This document shows positions 35,720-45,396 of a DNA stretch of 64,000 nucleotides, in pieces. Position 1 is the stretch's first letter, and each line of letters starts with the position of its first letter. Origin of the DNA: Cyclobacteriaceae bacterium (GTDB lineage Bacteria; Bacteroidota; Bacteroidia; Cytophagales; Cyclobacteriaceae); the NCBI GenBank assembly GCA_965284605.1, contig OZ260101.1:2654513-2718512 (forward strand), written 5' to 3'. Position numbers and translations under genes: made by a program. The notes beneath the pieces were generated by a model. That model searched no databases and had not been told where the DNA came from. It saw nothing but the letters and a program-made list of their open reading frames with translations.

Positions 35720-36426
35720 CTCGTTACGTAGTACGTATGATCTCGGAGTAGTGTATATAAAAACTTTACAGTAGGGAGATCACTTTGGATGTTGTACTTC
35801 TCCTTTAATTTTGCTTCAACCAATCCAATAGGTTTTTTGACAGCGTCATTTTTGAAAACTCGAAGTGCATCTTTGATCAATTGAACCTCTGCATCGGTAA
35901 TGTTGGCAGCTTCAAAGATTTGAGGTTCATAATCTTCGTCCACCGGATCCATTAAAATTTTATTCTGAACATTGGTGGCAGTGATTTTTTTAATTTTCAC
36001 TACGGTTGTTCCAGCCAGTAGATCGCCAATGCGCTGACCGTTCTTAGTCAGAATAATGAAAATTACACCCAGGCCGACAATAAAGAAGTCGATTGGCTCT
36101 AACAACCAGCGAAGGAAGTAAGAAACGAAAGAGGGGGTACTGCCATCAAGTTTCACCACTTTTATACTCAAAGCCATTTTGCCCACGGTTTGTCCATTCA
36201 TAAAGACTTCACAAACTAGCCTGTATAGGTAAACTAACAAGGCTAGTAGACCACCCACAGCAAGTCCTTGTCCCATACCTAAGAAGCCTAGGGTGAAACT
36301 TAAAAGAATATATACGCTACCAATAATAATGATGTCAATAGCAAAGGCCAGAAGACGCTCTCCAATACCCGCTAATGGGTACTCTAACTGAATGTTTTGT
36401 GTGGTTTGAATACTGACAGCTTGCAT
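35716..36426 (-). CDS. RDD-family membrane protein
   Basis: ERLLAFAIDIIIIGSVY plus two further helices resemble the RDD family. I moved the start to the ATG at 36426 (MQAVSIQTTQ...), because the track start at 36579 would overlap the divergent gene at 36449. Confidence 0.7.
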   Translation of the reverse strand: MQAVSIQTTQNIQLEYPLAGIGERLLAFAIDIIIIGSVYILLSFTLGFLGMGQGLAVGGLLALLVYLYRLVCEVFMNGQTVGKMALSIKVVKLDGSTPSFVSYFLRWLLEPIDFFIVGLGVIFIILTKNGQRIGDLLAGTTVVKIKKITATNVQNKILMDPVDEDYEPQIFEAANITDAEVQLIKDALRVFKNDAVKKPIGLVEAKLKEKYNIQSDLPTVKFLYTLLRDHTYYVTR

Positions 36427-36448
36427 AAGAACTATTATTGCATAATTT

Positions 36449-37447
36449 TTGGCTGAAATACGAGAATCTATGAGGGAGTCCGCTTTTGTGAAGGCAAATA
36501 TAAGTAAATGGGAAGAGTTCGAAAGTCTCGTTGCCGCTAAAGCGAAAAAGGATCCTGATGTATTGGCTGATTTGTTCATTCAGCTGACTGATGATCTCTC
36601 TTATGCTAAAACCCATTATCCAAAATCCGAGGTTACGGTTTATCTCAATAACCTGTCTACAAAGGTTCATCAATACATTTACAGAAATAAGAAGGAACGC
36701 AAAAATAGATTTGCCGAATTCTGGAGGAGAGAGCTTCCACTGATCTTTTGGCAGCACCGGAAAGAGTTTAGATCGGCCCTCCTATTCTTTGTTGGCGCAT
36801 GCATTATCGGGGCATTTTCAGCTGCATTTGATGACAATTTTGTTCGGCTGATTTTAGGCGATCAATACGTAAATATGACGCTCAATAATATCGAAAGTGG
36901 AGTGCCACTAGGTGTCTATGGCAAAATGGCCCAAAGCGATATGTTCGTACTTATCACTTTTAACAACGTCAGGGTCTCTTTTATAGCCTTTGCGTTTGGC
37001 ATTATTGCATCAGTAGGAACGGTTTTTATGCTCTTTCAAAACGGTGTGATGCTCGGGTCTTTCCAATACTTCTTCTATACCAAGGGTCTATTACTCACCT
37101 CTATATTGACAATTTGGATTCACGGAACCATTGAAATCATTTCCATCATTATGGCTGGCGGAGCCGGACTCATTATGGGTAATTCAATGCTTTTCCCTGG
37201 TACATACACGCGCATGGAATCGCTTAGAAGAGGAGCCACCACAGGAGCAAAAGTAGTGTTGGGCTTAGTGCCAATGTTTATTTTAGCGGGCTTTTTAGAG
37301 TCTTATGTTACCCGACTTTTTGATATGCCTGCGGCATTAAAAGCAACAATCATCTTGGCCTCGCTGGCCTTCATGATTTATTACATTATCTTATACCCAA
37401 GAAAACTTTATAAAAATGCCCCATCAGCCCCAGATCGAATTTTATAA
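36449..37447 (+). CDS. SpoIIM-like (stage II sporulation protein M family) membrane protein
   Basis: 332-aa ORF beginning MAEIRESMRESAFVKANISKWEEFE..., with multiple helices and ...WIHGTIEIISIIMAGGAG.... Confidence 0.7.
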   Translation: MAEIRESMRESAFVKANISKWEEFESLVAAKAKKDPDVLADLFIQLTDDLSYAKTHYPKSEVTVYLNNLSTKVHQYIYRNKKERKNRFAEFWRRELPLIFWQHRKEFRSALLFFVGACIIGAFSAAFDDNFVRLILGDQYVNMTLNNIESGVPLGVYGKMAQSDMFVLITFNNVRVSFIAFAFGIIASVGTVFMLFQNGVMLGSFQYFFYTKGLLLTSILTIWIHGTIEIISIIMAGGAGLIMGNSMLFPGTYTRMESLRRGATTGAKVVLGLVPMFILAGFLESYVTRLFDMPAALKATIILASLAFMIYYIILYPRKLYKNAPSAPDRIL

Positions 37448-38315
37448 GAAACGCCAGTTTGGCGAAAAGCTGAATGCAACTTTCGTTTTCATCAGAGAGA
37501 ATGCTTGGCCATATCTGAAAGTCCAGTTCATGATTGCCGGACCAATCTTACTGATTGCTAATATTCTCGTGAACCGATTTGCTATTAGCATGATCGGTTT
37601 TGACGGTGAGTTCTCGGCCAACTTTCTGATCGACATGTTTCAAATGTATGGCTTAATTATACTGATTGGCATGGTCAGTACTACGGTAATGCCTGCAGTA
37701 ACCTACGGTTACATGAAAGCCTATCAAAATAATATGCCTTCAGATATCAGTGTGGCGAACGTTACGAGTGGCTTTGCTTCTCGGTTTTTCAATATACTTG
37801 GGCTAAATATCCTTGCCTATATTGTCACTATAATCGCGACCTTTTTCTTCATAATTCCAGGAATTTACGTAGGGATTGTTTTGAGCTTAGGGGCAGCCAT
37901 AATAGTTTTTGAAAATAGTAATCCAATCGATGCTTTTGGTAGAGCCTTTACCTTAATCAAAGGGAAATGGTGGAGTACATTCGGCTTGCTAGTAGTTATT
38001 TCTATCATAGGCTATATCATTAATTTCTTCTTTGGTTTACCTAGATCAATTGTAGTCGGAATAGACGTTTTCACGAGTTTAGACGCCTCTGGAGGTGTGG
38101 ACAGTATTGAAATGGAGAATTCGTCCGATCAAGTACTAAACATCCTCTTTTCTGTGTTTGAAACATTCGGTAGTATCTTAAGCTATTCACTCATTTTTAT
38201 CGCCCTTGCTTTTCAGTACTTTAACCTCGTTGAGCGAAGAGAATCTAAAGGCCTAATGTCGAAGATAGAACAGATGGATGCCGGAGCAGAAGAAGATGCT
38301 GAAGAACAATACTAA
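37416..38315 (+). CDS. Multi-pass membrane protein, paralog A (acidic C-terminal tail)
   Basis: 299-aa ORF that shares its N-terminus (EFYKKRQFGEKLNATFVFIRENAWPYLK) and C-terminus (AFQYFNLVERRESKGLMSKIE) with the next gene. Confidence 0.7.
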   Translation: MPHQPQIEFYKKRQFGEKLNATFVFIRENAWPYLKVQFMIAGPILLIANILVNRFAISMIGFDGEFSANFLIDMFQMYGLIILIGMVSTTVMPAVTYGYMKAYQNNMPSDISVANVTSGFASRFFNILGLNILAYIVTIIATFFFIIPGIYVGIVLSLGAAIIVFENSNPIDAFGRAFTLIKGKWWSTFGLLVVISIIGYIINFFFGLPRSIVVGIDVFTSLDASGGVDSIEMENSSDQVLNILFSVFETFGSILSYSLIFIALAFQYFNLVERRESKGLMSKIEQMDAGAEEDAEEQY

Positions 38316-38403
38316 GGCTGAAAATGCCATTACATTGGTACAATTGAAAACACATAAAGTCATTTGATTGAGAATAGTCTTTTCTGACTGAAAGTGATCT
38401 AAT

Positions 38404-39375
38404 ATGCCAGCAATCAACAAACTAGAATTCTTTCGGAAAAGGAGCTTTTTGGATAAGTTTGGTGCGACTTTTCAGTTTCTCAACGAAAATGCTTGGCCCT
38501 TCTTAAAAGCTCAATTGGTAATTACCGCACCTGTGCTCATTATCATCAGTGTGCTAATGAATGAGGTCTCTGGAGGTCTTATGGCTTTAATTTCAGGCGT
38601 ACAAAACCTAAAGGCAAATGATATCATAGATTTGCTTGGCCTATACGGCCTGTCCCTATTATCCATCTTAGTGACAACAGCACTTATTCCGACTGTTACT
38701 TATGGGTACATGATGCAATATCAAGTGCTGAAGCCTAAAGAGATTACCATCTCAAAGGTGATGGAGGGCTTTACAAGCAAGTTTTTGAATATACTTGGAT
38801 TTTATTTTTTGACTTCGTTAGCCGTTGTGGCTTTCGGATTTTTAATAGGCTTTACTTCATCTGTATCGACTGACCTTATAGGTAAATGGGTACTTATCTT
38901 TTTCTTCCTAGGCTTATTCACTCTTTTAATTTTAACCATAGTGCTTATGCTTGGTGCGCCATCGATAGCCTTTGAAAAGGGAAATCCAATCGATGCGTTT
39001 GGCAGAGTGTTTACCCTAGCAAAAGGTAAATGGCTCAGTACTTTTGGCACTGTAATTTGTGTGGGCATTATAGGCCTTATTATCAGTTTTGTTTTTGCAA
39101 CGCCTCGCGCGGTCACCTTCGGAATTGAGGCTTATCTATCCCCAAATGGTCAAGATGACCTGGAAATTATGGACAAGGCGCTCGTGAATACACCCCTGAG
39201 TGTTTTATTTTCTTGTTTGGAATCTTTAGGAACAATTTGCCTGTATTCTCTGATATATATTGCACTTGGTTTTCAATATTTCAATTTGGTAGAGCGGAGA
39301 GAGTCTAAGGGATTAATAAGTAAGATTGACGGAATTAATGCGGAGGAAGAACATACATCTGATGAGGATTATTAG
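38404..39375 (+). CDS. Multi-pass membrane protein, paralog B
   Basis: The 323-aa product carries EFFRKRSFLDKFGATFQFLNENAWPFLK ... GFQYFNLVERRESKGLISKID. Confidence 0.7.
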   Translation: MPAINKLEFFRKRSFLDKFGATFQFLNENAWPFLKAQLVITAPVLIIISVLMNEVSGGLMALISGVQNLKANDIIDLLGLYGLSLLSILVTTALIPTVTYGYMMQYQVLKPKEITISKVMEGFTSKFLNILGFYFLTSLAVVAFGFLIGFTSSVSTDLIGKWVLIFFFLGLFTLLILTIVLMLGAPSIAFEKGNPIDAFGRVFTLAKGKWLSTFGTVICVGIIGLIISFVFATPRAVTFGIEAYLSPNGQDDLEIMDKALVNTPLSVLFSCLESLGTICLYSLIYIALGFQYFNLVERRESKGLISKIDGINAEEEHTSDEDY

Positions 39376-40060
39376 CCTACTGGTTTTTCTTATGAATGCT
39401 GTTTGCACTGTCTCTGCACAAGAGATTGACAGTACCCAAGCTTCTATGGAACAGAGAGCTTTCGATGAAGAAAAACTGAATGAATATCGTGAAGACGGAA
39501 AGTATCAATATGAACTGCCGACCCCAGAAACTGAAGGTCCTTTTCAGCGTTTTTGGCGAGGTGTTCAAGAGTGGTTTGCAAGACTGATTGGCTCTGGTGC
39601 TACTGCGAATGTCATTAATATCTTGATTCGGGTCTTAGTTGTTGTTGCGTTCGTTTACTTAATCATAAAAATTTTCGGCATAGAAGTAACCAGCGTTTTT
39701 AAGCCGAAAAAGGTGCAAAAGTTACCATATCAGGTCAGCGAGGAACAACTAAATGATATTGACTTTGATAAGGAGATTTCCTTAGCCCTGCGAGAAGAAC
39801 AGTGGCGTTTTGTAGTTCGGTTGACTTATTTATGCGCACTTAAATTATTGGCAGCTAGCGAAGCAGTTACCGTAAAAAAAGGAAAAACCAATCGAGACTA
39901 TCTCTATGAGCTTTCAGGGAAAGATGGAGCGCATGATTTCGAACGGCTGAGCTTTATTTTTGACTATACCTGGTATGGGCACTTCGAAGCAAATGATGCG
40001 ATTGTGGCCCAAGCGCAAGAGCATCTATCAAAGATTAAAAATCTAGGAGGGGTAAAATGA
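39362..40060 (+). CDS. DUF4129-like membrane-anchored protein
   Basis: I chose the start at ATG 39362 (MRIISLLVFLMNAVCTVSAQ). The product has one internal TM helix and a C-terminal ...NRDYLYEL...FIFDYTWYGHF pattern. Confidence 0.6.
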   Translation: MRIISLLVFLMNAVCTVSAQEIDSTQASMEQRAFDEEKLNEYREDGKYQYELPTPETEGPFQRFWRGVQEWFARLIGSGATANVINILIRVLVVVAFVYLIIKIFGIEVTSVFKPKKVQKLPYQVSEEQLNDIDFDKEISLALREEQWRFVVRLTYLCALKLLAASEAVTVKKGKTNRDYLYELSGKDGAHDFERLSFIFDYTWYGHFEANDAIVAQAQEHLSKIKNLGGVK

Positions 40061-41262
40061 AAGACAAGAAGTATGTGATCTTTCTAGTAGCCGTAATTGC
40101 CATGTATGTCTTTTATGAGTTGCAGAAACCCAAACAACTCAATTGGACGGCTACTTATCATGCGAATCATTCGCTCCCTTTTGGTGCCAAAGCAACTCAT
40201 GACTTAGCAAAAGATTTATTCACGAATCAAGCTTTTACTTCCGAGTACAGAACGGTCTATGAATTAGTAGAGGAAGCGGAAATAGAAGCTAACCTGTTGG
40301 TCATTGCCGATGGTATGGGCATGGATGATAATGATGTCGATGCTTTATTTACATATTTAGATTCAGGGGCAACCGTGATGATAAGTGCTAGAGAGTTTAG
40401 TAGGCCGCTCTCAGATACACTTGATTTTGAGGTTTTTGTTAAAAACCCTGCACTGGCTTATGATTTTAAAGCAATACAAGAGGCACTTGCAGGTGAAGCC
40501 AATGAGACCGTTAGCCTAGCACTTGGTAGCGTTGAGGCGAGAGATTACTCATTTCCGATTATCGCCACTACATCTTTTTTTAGTAAGATGGACAAAGAAA
40601 AATTTGAAGTACTAGCCACAAATGAAAATGGTAAACCTGTTTTGATTGGCTCGAAGACGCTAGAAGGTCAGCTATACATTTCCACCATGCCATTAGCTTT
40701 TACGAACTACTTTGTGTTGGACGAGAAGACTACCGAGTTCGCGTCAGCGTTACTCAGCTTATTTCCAAAAGAACAGCCTCTAATTCATAATGAGTATTAT
40801 CAGTTAGGTAGGCTAGAAGCACAAACGCCATTGAGGGTTATCTTAAGTAATTCTTCCCTGAAGTGGGCCTTTTTCATTTTATTGTTTACACTTTTGATTT
40901 TTGTCTTTTTTGAATCGAAGAGAAGACAACGCATCATCCCGCTAATTACACCGCTTAAGAATATGTCAATTGAATTTGTGGAGACACTCGGTAGATTGTA
41001 TTATCGACAAAGCGATCATCGGAAATTGGCGGAAAAGAGGGTTCACTATTGGAAGGACTTTGTGAGGGTACACTATAATCTAAGAACTGATCAATTTGAT
41101 GAACGTTTCGCCAAAGACTTGTCTAATAAGTCAGGTCAGTCGATTAAATCAATTAATGTACTATTAGAATTTATTAAACGAGTAGAGGCCGGAATTGAGA
41201 TTAACGAAGGTGAGTTAATGGAAATCGAAAAACGGCTAACCGCTTTTTACGGAATAAAATAA
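40057..41262 (+). CDS. DUF4350-like protein (N-terminal anchor plus one late TM helix)
   Basis: 401-aa ORF with a 4-nt overlap with the previous gene. The family call rests on size and position in the MoxR/DUF58 cluster and is recollection. Confidence 0.55.
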   Translation: MKDKKYVIFLVAVIAMYVFYELQKPKQLNWTATYHANHSLPFGAKATHDLAKDLFTNQAFTSEYRTVYELVEEAEIEANLLVIADGMGMDDNDVDALFTYLDSGATVMISAREFSRPLSDTLDFEVFVKNPALAYDFKAIQEALAGEANETVSLALGSVEARDYSFPIIATTSFFSKMDKEKFEVLATNENGKPVLIGSKTLEGQLYISTMPLAFTNYFVLDEKTTEFASALLSLFPKEQPLIHNEYYQLGRLEAQTPLRVILSNSSLKWAFFILLFTLLIFVFFESKRRQRIIPLITPLKNMSIEFVETLGRLYYRQSDHRKLAEKRVHYWKDFVRVHYNLRTDQFDERFAKDLSNKSGQSIKSINVLLEFIKRVEAGIEINEGELMEIEKRLTAFYGIK

Positions 41263-41263
41263 T

Positions 41264-42241
41264 ATGGAAAACCAAGAATCATTTGAAAGCAGGGTAGACC
41301 TGACCAAGCTGAAAGAAGGTGTAGCTAAAATAAGAGAACAAGTAGGCAAGGTGATAGTTGGTCAGAAACAGATGGTCGATTTGATCATTACGGCTGTATT
41401 GGCTGACGGGCACATCTTATTAGAGGGCGTACCTGGCGTAGCGAAAACCCTTGCGGCTAAATTGGTAGCTAAGAGTATGTCAGTTGACTTTTCGAGAGTG
41501 CAATTTACTCCTGATCTGATGCCTTCAGACGTCTTAGGCACAAGTGTTTTCAATATGAAGACCTCCGAGTTTGATTTTAAGAAAGGGCCTATCTTTTCAA
41601 ATATTGTGCTGATAGACGAAATCAATCGTGCACCTGCAAAAACCCAATCTGCCCTTTTTGAAGTAATGGAAGAACGTCAAGTCACCATTGATGGCGCTAC
41701 TTATAAAATGGAGGCGCCTTATTTAGTTCTTGCAACCCAAAACCCTGTAGAGCAAGAAGGAACCTACCGTTTACCAGAAGCACAATTAGATCGTTTCCTT
41801 TTCAAAATAGAAATTGGCTATCCTTCTGTCGAGGACGAAACAGAGGTTTTGCTCCGGGCGGCTAATAGAAAAGGTGAACAGCTTGATGAAATTACTCCTG
41901 TAATTTCAGCCGAAGATATTGCGGGCTATAAGTCCACGCTTTCCGACATTATTGTGGATGAGAAGTTATTGGGCTACATCGCTCAGATAGTCAATCAAAC
42001 GAGAAACGATCAGTCGATTTACTTAGGTGCGTCACCTAGGGCATCATTGGCCCTTTTAAATGGATCTCGGGCGTTTGCAGCCATTCAGGGCAGAGACTTT
42101 GTAACACCAGAAGACATAAAATTCTTAGCCGGCCCAGTACTGAAACATAGAATAATCCTCACACCAGAAAAAGAGATGGAGGGCATCTCTGCCTCAGAGG
42201 TAATTCAACAGTTAGTGGCTAAAACCGAGGTGCCTCGTTAA
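41264..42241 (+). CDS. MoxR-family AAA+ ATPase
   Basis: The product carries ILLEGVPGVAKTLAAK (Walker A), VLIDEINRAPAKTQSALFEVMEERQVTIDG (Walker B plus the MoxR signature) and ATQNPVEQEGTYRLPEAQLDRF. Confidence 0.92.
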   Translation: MENQESFESRVDLTKLKEGVAKIREQVGKVIVGQKQMVDLIITAVLADGHILLEGVPGVAKTLAAKLVAKSMSVDFSRVQFTPDLMPSDVLGTSVFNMKTSEFDFKKGPIFSNIVLIDEINRAPAKTQSALFEVMEERQVTIDGATYKMEAPYLVLATQNPVEQEGTYRLPEAQLDRFLFKIEIGYPSVEDETEVLLRAANRKGEQLDEITPVISAEDIAGYKSTLSDIIVDEKLLGYIAQIVNQTRNDQSIYLGASPRASLALLNGSRAFAAIQGRDFVTPEDIKFLAGPVLKHRIILTPEKEMEGISASEVIQQLVAKTEVPR

Positions 42242-43572
42242 TGAACTTTGTCCGTTCATTCTATATCACCAATAGATTTTTCTATGCCGCAGGGACTTTA
42301 GTCTTTCTGTTCATTATTGGCTTTGCTGTGCCTTTTGTCGCGGTAATTGCCGAAGTACTTTTTTACCTATCATTGGCATGCATGGTTATAGATACGCTCT
42401 TGCTCTATCGTATCAGAGACGGTATCAGCCTTGAACGACTCTGTACGGAGAAGTTTTCAAATGGTGATCCTAACCTTGTTAGAATTATCATTGAAAATCG
42501 ATATCCAATTCAGCTGCGTCTGCAAGTCGTAGATGAATTGCCTGAACAACTTCAGATCAGAGATCAGGTTTTTGATCTAGTGTTACCTTCCGGATCAGTA
42601 AAAGAGATAGATTACAGCATTAGGCCAACAAAGCGCGGAGCTTATGCTTTTGGTTTTGTAAATGTCTTTGTTTCTAATACGCTGGGCATTGTGCGAAGGC
42701 GTTATCAATTGGGTGATGAGAAAGAGGTAGCAGTCTATCCGTCATTCATCCAAATGAGAAAGTATGAACTATTGGCGATTTCAAATCAGCTGCAAGAATT
42801 TGGTGTAAAGAAGATCAGGCGAATAGGAAATAACATGGAGTTTGAGCAAATCAAAAACTATGTTTCCGGAGATGATTATCGGAAAGTGAATTGGAAAGCT
42901 ACAGCCAGACGAGGCCACTTGATGGTCAACCAGTACCAAGATGAGCGGTCTCAACAAGTATACTCCGTAATTGACAAAGGCAGAGTGATGCAGATGCCTT
43001 TCGAAGGTCTCAGCCTTTTAGATTATGCAATCAATTCAAGTCTCGTCATTTCAAATATCGCCTTGAAAAAGGGAGACAAAGCTGGCGTGGTTACTTTCCA
43101 ACAAAAAGTGAATTCCATACTGCCTGCATCATCTCGAAATATGCAGTTGAACCTTATTTTAGAGCACCTATACAAACAGAAAACAGGATACAAAGAGTCT
43201 GACTATAGTAAGCTATACATTGCGCTTAAGAGAAAGGTGACGCAACGATCTTTGGTATTACTTTATACCAATTTTGAGTCATTATCGGCCTTAAAGCGGC
43301 AGTTGCCTTTTTTGAAACGCATAAAGCAGCAGCATCTGCTTGTGTGTATCTTCTTCCAAAATACTGAGGTTGAAAAAATTATACATTCGAAAGCGGATGA
43401 CATAGAAGAGGTGTACATGAAAGGCATTGCTGAACAACTGGCCTTTGAAAAGAAACTGATCGTCAAAGAACTACAAGCCCATGGTATTCATACCATTTTG
43501 ACCCCACCAAAGGAGTTAAGTATCAATACTATTAATAAATATTTGGAGCTTAAATCAAGGGGATTGATATGA
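42241..43572 (+). CDS. DUF58-domain protein (MoxR partner)
   Basis: 443-aa ORF with two N-terminal TM helices and SGDDYRKVNWKATARRGHLMVNQYQDERSQ. Its start overlaps the moxR stop. Confidence 0.85.
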   Translation: MNFVRSFYITNRFFYAAGTLVFLFIIGFAVPFVAVIAEVLFYLSLACMVIDTLLLYRIRDGISLERLCTEKFSNGDPNLVRIIIENRYPIQLRLQVVDELPEQLQIRDQVFDLVLPSGSVKEIDYSIRPTKRGAYAFGFVNVFVSNTLGIVRRRYQLGDEKEVAVYPSFIQMRKYELLAISNQLQEFGVKKIRRIGNNMEFEQIKNYVSGDDYRKVNWKATARRGHLMVNQYQDERSQQVYSVIDKGRVMQMPFEGLSLLDYAINSSLVISNIALKKGDKAGVVTFQQKVNSILPASSRNMQLNLILEHLYKQKTGYKESDYSKLYIALKRKVTQRSLVLLYTNFESLSALKRQLPFLKRIKQQHLLVCIFFQNTEVEKIIHSKADDIEEVYMKGIAEQLAFEKKLIVKELQAHGIHTILTPPKELSINTINKYLELKSRGLI

Positions 43573-43970
43573 GAAATAAGAGACTCTGGTTCGGACTAAT
43601 TGCCATAGCCTTTGTCGTTGCTATTCTCTGGAATTCATTCTCTCAACCGGGTTTAAATGATTTTGTCTCTACTTTCGAGGAAGTTGATCTCTACCGCAAT
43701 GCTAATAATACGGGGCCTGTCGAGCGCGTCTACATTGTTACAACCACCGATAGTATTTGGAGTGAAATGGAACGTTATTCAGGCCTTATGCCCTACAGTA
43801 AGCTAGGTACCACTACAGTCTATTTCTTTCACAACGATGGCCAGTATCCAAAAAAGGCAGTCGGTGGGCGAGTAAATTTTGATCCGGTATTTGATGCCTA
43901 CTGCCTAGCGAAGTACACAAAGAATAATTTTGGGGCTACCTCCTTTACCATGTTCCCTTTTAATAAATAG
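43569..43970 (+). CDS. Small membrane-anchored protein, last gene of the cluster
   Basis: 133-aa ORF with a 4-nt overlap with the DUF58 gene and an N-terminal helix LWFGLIAIAFVVAILW. Confidence 0.6.
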   Translation: MRNKRLWFGLIAIAFVVAILWNSFSQPGLNDFVSTFEEVDLYRNANNTGPVERVYIVTTTDSIWSEMERYSGLMPYSKLGTTTVYFFHNDGQYPKKAVGGRVNFDPVFDAYCLAKYTKNNFGATSFTMFPFNK

Positions 43971-44136
43971 CCAATAGGTTATCGCAATTTGATTGTGGAT
44001 GGCACCTACTTCTATCTCATGGGTAGGGTTCAGAATAGATAAGGCGTATTATAAGTGTATCATAGTCGATACTTTATTGTTAGTTGATTAAAACAAAAGT
44101 GCTTTAAGATCATTTTTATTTTAATGACCCAGTAAG

Positions 44137-44170
44137 AACCCCTGATTCAGAAGGAATGAGGGGTTTTTCA
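44137..44170. terminator. Hairpin with flanking T-run between convergent genes
   Basis: aaCCCCTgattcagaaggaatgAGGGGtt is followed by tttcattttt. Confidence 0.45.
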
Positions 44171-44173
44171 TTT

Positions 44174-45280
44174 TTAGAGCAGCTTGCCTTGCGCTTTGAT
44201 CCATCGTTCTGGAAAGTCACCGTGAGTAGCGCCTTTATAATCCTCGTAGCTGCATGGAATATAGGCCCTATCCAACATTTTATCACCATAGTTGACTAAC
44301 ATCCACCATTTTTCCGAAAGGTTACTTTTATAGAAGGTCATGGTGTCTTCAGTGTTTTCGAAGCTGACAGTATACTTGGTGTAGTTTTCAGAATTAAACT
44401 GCCCCGTATCTCTTCTATTATAGAATCCCTCTATGAAGTACCAAATCATTGTGGCCATAACGGATGCTGTTTTGAGCGCATCGTCATCTAAGGACGGATA
44501 GTATTCATGAAAACCGACAGAAGTCATTTTTTCATTAATTCCGGCATACCAACTGAGTTGGCAAGCCTCTTCACCTGAAAGACCAAAGGGTTGTGCTTTC
44601 GGGTTACCCGGTGCATCTGAAGAACGAATCGCGGAGATGTCAAAGGTTAACATATCAGCCATCCGAATCAGGGGCTCGGCCTGTTTAATGTCATACCGAA
44701 TCTCCCCAAGGCGGAGCGATTCAAAATAAAGTTTATCCAATGCCTTTAACATGGCGGCATCAATGAGATAAGTTTGATGTGCCAGATGGCTATAGTTCAA
44801 TAAGAAGTTCGGCTGATGGAGTAACAAAGCATTGAGGAAGTTGGCAGAAGACTCCGCTTCCTCTTCCATGTCCATGAAAGCATCAACATTGGCTACAGAG
44901 ATTAATTTATTGGCGGTTTCGTACGCCTTGAACTGTCCCAAAGCCAGATCTTGATTTCCCCCGATCATTATAGGAAGTACTCTTTGTGCCATTAAAAATT
45001 CACAGATCTCTCTTATTCTGGCCTGCGTTTGCTCTTTATCAGTACCTGGTTGGATATTACCCAAATCGGCTACTCTATATGCCGCAGCGCTTCGTTTTAA
45101 GGCAAAGAGCTTGGCGCGAATTAAATCCGCTTCTCCTCGGGCGTTAATTCCGATAATCGCTACGTCCATTTTAGCTATGTCGAAGTCTTCGTCATTTAAA
45201 TGCTTTATGCTTTGGCCGAGGGCATTATTGGGTAAATCGTAGTCTGTGGAAAGCGGAGAGAAGAAAAGGTTGAGATTCAT
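44174..45280 (-). CDS. Arginase/formiminoglutamase-fold protein with degenerate metal-binding motifs
   Basis: In this 368-aa product IMIGGNQDLALG, NVDAFMDME and LTFDISAIRSSDAPG occupy the places of the GGDHS, DAHxD and SxDxDxxDP motifs. Confidence 0.7.
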   Translation of the reverse strand: MNLNLFFSPLSTDYDLPNNALGQSIKHLNDEDFDIAKMDVAIIGINARGEADLIRAKLFALKRSAAAYRVADLGNIQPGTDKEQTQARIREICEFLMAQRVLPIMIGGNQDLALGQFKAYETANKLISVANVDAFMDMEEEAESSANFLNALLLHQPNFLLNYSHLAHQTYLIDAAMLKALDKLYFESLRLGEIRYDIKQAEPLIRMADMLTFDISAIRSSDAPGNPKAQPFGLSGEEACQLSWYAGINEKMTSVGFHEYYPSLDDDALKTASVMATMIWYFIEGFYNRRDTGQFNSENYTKYTVSFENTEDTMTFYKSNLSEKWWMLVNYGDKMLDRAYIPCSYEDYKGATHGDFPERWIKAQGKLL

Positions 45281-45338
45281 ATGATATGCTATATGCTAAA
45301 ATAAAGATAGAACATTTAGGGTGAATATGAGAACCAAT

Positions 45339-45372
45339 AAAAAAAGCCCAGCTCGAAATTTCGAACTGGGCT
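45339..45372 (-). terminator. Intrinsic terminator after nqrF
   Basis: On the minus strand, agcccagttcgaaatttcgagctgggct forms a 14-bp stem with one mismatch, followed by TTTTTTT. Confidence 0.75.
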
Positions 45373-45396
45373 TTGAATTTTATATGAATGAGTGAA

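Noticed and set aside
36335-36757. 140-aa minus-strand ORF, plus the 51-codon N-terminal extension of the RDD ORF (36427-36579)
   Set aside because: Both overlap the well-supported divergent SpoIIM-like gene starting at 36449. The RDD protein has a sensible internal ATG at 36426 just before its first helix.
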